DNA of 64,000 bases from Candidatus Krumholzibacteriota bacterium (GTDB taxonomy: Bacteria > Krumholzibacteriota > Krumholzibacteriia > JAJRXK01): NCBI GenBank assembly GCA_963806035.1, contig CAWDWO010000014.1:10905-74904 (forward strand), in the 5' to 3' direction. Each line of letters starts with the position of its first letter. The first letter of the stretch is position 1. The notes below the pieces were generated by a model. That model did not search any database. It worked only from the letters and a program-made list of their open reading frames with translations, and was not told where the DNA came from. Below, one piece after another: positions 61,389 through 64,000 of this stretch. The translations under genes were made by a program, and so were the position numbers.

Positions 61389-63983
61389 TCAATCCCCGAC
61401 CCCCGTCACCACGAAAAGCTTCGAGAATCTTCGCTCGTACTCGTAGGCGTAAGCCTGTCCCGGGTCCCAGGTCCGCTGATTGAAGGAGATGCCCGTCAGA
61501 CCCGCGCGCACGTCCGGATCGATGGTCAGCACGGTGGTACGATCGCCGGTTGCCAGATCGATTCGATCGACGCGTGCCGGAACGTCGGCCCTTCGGCAAA
61601 CGTAAAAGGCATCGCCGTTGGAACTCCAGGCCGCGAGAGTTTCTCCCGGTCGCACGCCCTCTACCTGCCGGGGCTCGCCGCCATTGAGAGGATAGAGCTG
61701 CCACGCACCGTCCTCCCGCTGGACCAAGACGGTCTTTCCGTTCGGACTCAGGCGTCCGTCGACGCCTTCGGGAGTGACGGGCACGGGCGGACCGCCGGCG
61801 ATCGGCTGCCGGTAGTCGCGCAGCGCCTTGCCCGCTTCGTTGCCCGCGATCAGCACATTCTCACTGTCGGGGTACCACTGCACGTCGTGGAACTGTTGGA
61901 GGGGTCCACTCTCCAGATGGCGGGGTTCGCCAGCTCCGACGGGATAGATGACGACTCCGGGCGGATCGGCCAGACGAGCCGAGACCCACTTGCCGTCAGG
62001 CGAAAAGCCGCCGATCTGGCCCTCGCCGAGCACGGTGATCGGAGACCCGTCCAGGCGCCTCGTCGCGACCTGATAATTCGTGCCGCCGTGCCCGTTGCAA
62101 AAGGCCACCGTCTGGCCATCCGGCGAAAACTGGGGACTCCAGTTGGAGTCCAGCCACGAGAGGTCGATGTCCGGGCCACCCTGGGGGTGGGCGACAATGC
62201 CGGAGTGGCTTTCTCCCCCGAGCGCCAGCCACCGGCCCTCGGCATCGACGTCGAGCACCGTGAAGTCACCCGGCACGTTCAGGATCGGTCGAGCCCCATC
62301 GCTTCCCGGCTTCACCAGGTAGGGCTGGAGATCTCGACCATCCACGTTGCCAGAGAAAACCAAAGACTTTCCATCCGGCAGCCAAGCCAAGCCCTCGATC
62401 GCCCAGAATTCATGACTGAGCGTCGTCACTTTGCCGGCGCGGTCACAGACCTTCAGCCAGCCGCGATCGTCAAACGACCACTGGTGATCGAGGAATGCGA
62501 CGCGCGAACCGTCTGGCGACACGCGTGGCTCGCTGATGTAACCGGTCGTCGTGTAGATCACCGTACCGAGCGGGTATTCGAGACGGTCCGTGCCCTCGAC
62601 CTGATGGACAATCGCCAGCGTGCCGTCGGGTCCCCAGTCCGCATCGCGGACCCCGTCGACGAGAGGTCGAGGCGCACCGTCGATGGACATGCGAGCCAGC
62701 GTCCCGGAGAAAACCCGGTGGTTGGAATACACGGCACCGGTGAGCACGGCGAGTTCACCGTCGGACGCCACCGAGAGCAGCATCGTACCGGCCCCGGCGA
62801 GCTTCCGGGGTGTCATCGCGCCCGCACGCAACAGGAAGAGTTCGGGGATGTTGCCGCTGCGGGCCGCGCTGTAGACGATTCCTTGCCCGTTCGGCAGGAA
62901 GGCCGCGTTGAAGATCGCCTCCTGATCGAAGGTCTTGCGCTCGAATGCGACGGTGGCGCGCGCGGGCGAAGACACGCCTCCAGGGCGAAGCAAGACCCAG
63001 ACGACCGCCAAGAGCGCGATCGCGACGCCGCCCAGGATTCCCCACGTGCCCCGCGGCACTTTGTGGCGCCTGATGGGAGCCGCGGCCACCGCGGCCGCCT
63101 GCGACGAACTCGTGCCAATCCACTCCAGCTCGCGACGCACGTCACCCGCGGACTGCCAGCGCTCGTCGGGATCCCGCGTGAGACACTGCCGCACCAGACG
63201 GTCCACCGCGGGCGGACTCATCGGCGCGATCTGCGACACCGGCACCGGCGCCGAGTTGATGATGGCCGCGATCAACGAAGCCTGGCTCGTCCCCTCGAAC
63301 GCATGCCGGCCCGTCATCATCTCGTAGAGCACGCAGCCCAGTGACCAGATGTCGCTGCGCGCGTCGGCCTCCTTGCCTTCCAGTTGCTCGGGCGCCATGT
63401 ACTGGAAGGTCCCGACGATCGTGCCCTCGGCCGTGAGCGGTTGGGCGATGGTGGGAGACTGACCGAGCGAGTCCATGGCGCCGCTGCCACTGCCTGCGCC
63501 GCCGATTCCGCTCGCGCGCGCGAGACCGAAGTCCATCAGTTTGGCGCCGGACTTGGTGAGCATGATGTTGCCCGGCTTGAGGTCGCGGTGCACGATACCC
63601 GAGCGGTGCGCGCGGTCCAGCGCGTCGGCGATCTGCATGCCGAGCCGGAAGACCTCGTCCAGCGGCAAAGGTCCCCTTGCAATGCGCGCGGCGAGGGTTT
63701 CGCCATCGATCAGTTCCATCACGAGAAAGTCGGTCTCGCCCTCGCGACCGATGTCAAAGAGCGTGCAGATGTGCGGATGGTTGAGGGACGAGATCGTCTT
63801 CGCCTCGCGCTCGAAACGGGCGCGGACTTCGGGGCGTTCCGAAAGGTGCTTGGGCAGCACCTTCACCGCGACCTCGCGATTGAGCCGCGAATCGCGCGCG
63901 CGGTACACCTCCCCCATGCCGCCCGCGCCGAGGGGCGCGACGATTTCATAGGGTCCGAGTTTGGTTCCGGGAGTGAGTGGCAT
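61389..63983 (-). CDS. Ser/Thr kinase with TM segment and PD40/TolB-like beta-propeller
   Basis: LGAGGMGEV, HRDLKPGN, DFGLA, GTFQYMAPEQ; SPDG repeats. Confidence 0.95.
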   Translation of the reverse strand: MPLTPGTKLGPYEIVAPLGAGGMGEVYRARDSRLNREVAVKVLPKHLSERPEVRARFEREAKTISSLNHPHICTLFDIGREGETDFLVMELIDGETLAARIARGPLPLDEVFRLGMQIADALDRAHRSGIVHRDLKPGNIMLTKSGAKLMDFGLARASGIGGAGSGSGAMDSLGQSPTIAQPLTAEGTIVGTFQYMAPEQLEGKEADARSDIWSLGCVLYEMMTGRHAFEGTSQASLIAAIINSAPVPVSQIAPMSPPAVDRLVRQCLTRDPDERWQSAGDVRRELEWIGTSSSQAAAVAAAPIRRHKVPRGTWGILGGVAIALLAVVWVLLRPGGVSSPARATVAFERKTFDQEAIFNAAFLPNGQGIVYSAARSGNIPELFLLRAGAMTPRKLAGAGTMLLSVASDGELAVLTGAVYSNHRVFSGTLARMSIDGAPRPLVDGVRDADWGPDGTLAIVHQVEGTDRLEYPLGTVIYTTTGYISEPRVSPDGSRVAFLDHQWSFDDRGWLKVCDRAGKVTTLSHEFWAIEGLAWLPDGKSLVFSGNVDGRDLQPYLVKPGSDGARPILNVPGDFTVLDVDAEGRWLALGGESHSGIVAHPQGGPDIDLSWLDSNWSPQFSPDGQTVAFCNGHGGTNYQVATRRLDGSPITVLGEGQIGGFSPDGKWVSARLADPPGVVIYPVGAGEPRHLESGPLQQFHDVQWYPDSENVLIAGNEAGKALRDYRQPIAGGPPVPVTPEGVDGRLSPNGKTVLVQREDGAWQLYPLNGGEPRQVEGVRPGETLAAWSSNGDAFYVCRRADVPARVDRIDLATGDRTTVLTIDPDVRAGLTGISFNQRTWDPGQAYAYEYERRFSKLFVVTGVGD

Positions 63984-64000
63984 CGCAGGAGTCTACTGGA

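Overview
A GC-rich bacterial accessory region with no rRNA, complete tRNA or CRISPR array. Nine genes encode proteins ending in a FlgD-Ig/T9SS-CTD-like domain, and one or two end in a short 'S-x-W-G-x-x-K' tail. This suggests an FCB-superphylum candidate lineage such as Krumholzibacteriota, Latescibacterota or Eisenbacteria (inference). Left half (1-35.9 kb): secreted repeat or beta-propeller proteins, metal-homeostasis genes (Fur-boxed barrel plus cytochrome c, cupredoxin, mntP, YceI) and a rearranged segment at 16.8-24.6 kb. That segment holds an apparently split gene, a miniature IS remnant, an FRG-domain gene, a tRNA-3'-end-like sequence and a double FG-GAP propeller gene with 14 near-identical DNA repeats and two hypervariable loops per repeat. 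Right half: tamA-tamB, a YbjT-like SDR, DCC1-lipase maturation factor, TetR plus an MddA-like methyltransferase with twin operators, transporters, a GT-C glycosyltransferase, a PEP-mutase-family gene and three Ser/Thr kinases. About six single-base frameshifts are probably assembly errors. Most notable: the constant-framework/hypervariable-loop propeller, a circularly permuted cupredoxin, a family of miniature IS-derived elements, and a gene bracketed by a 56-bp hairpin direct repeat. All product calls come from motif recognition; no database searches were run.
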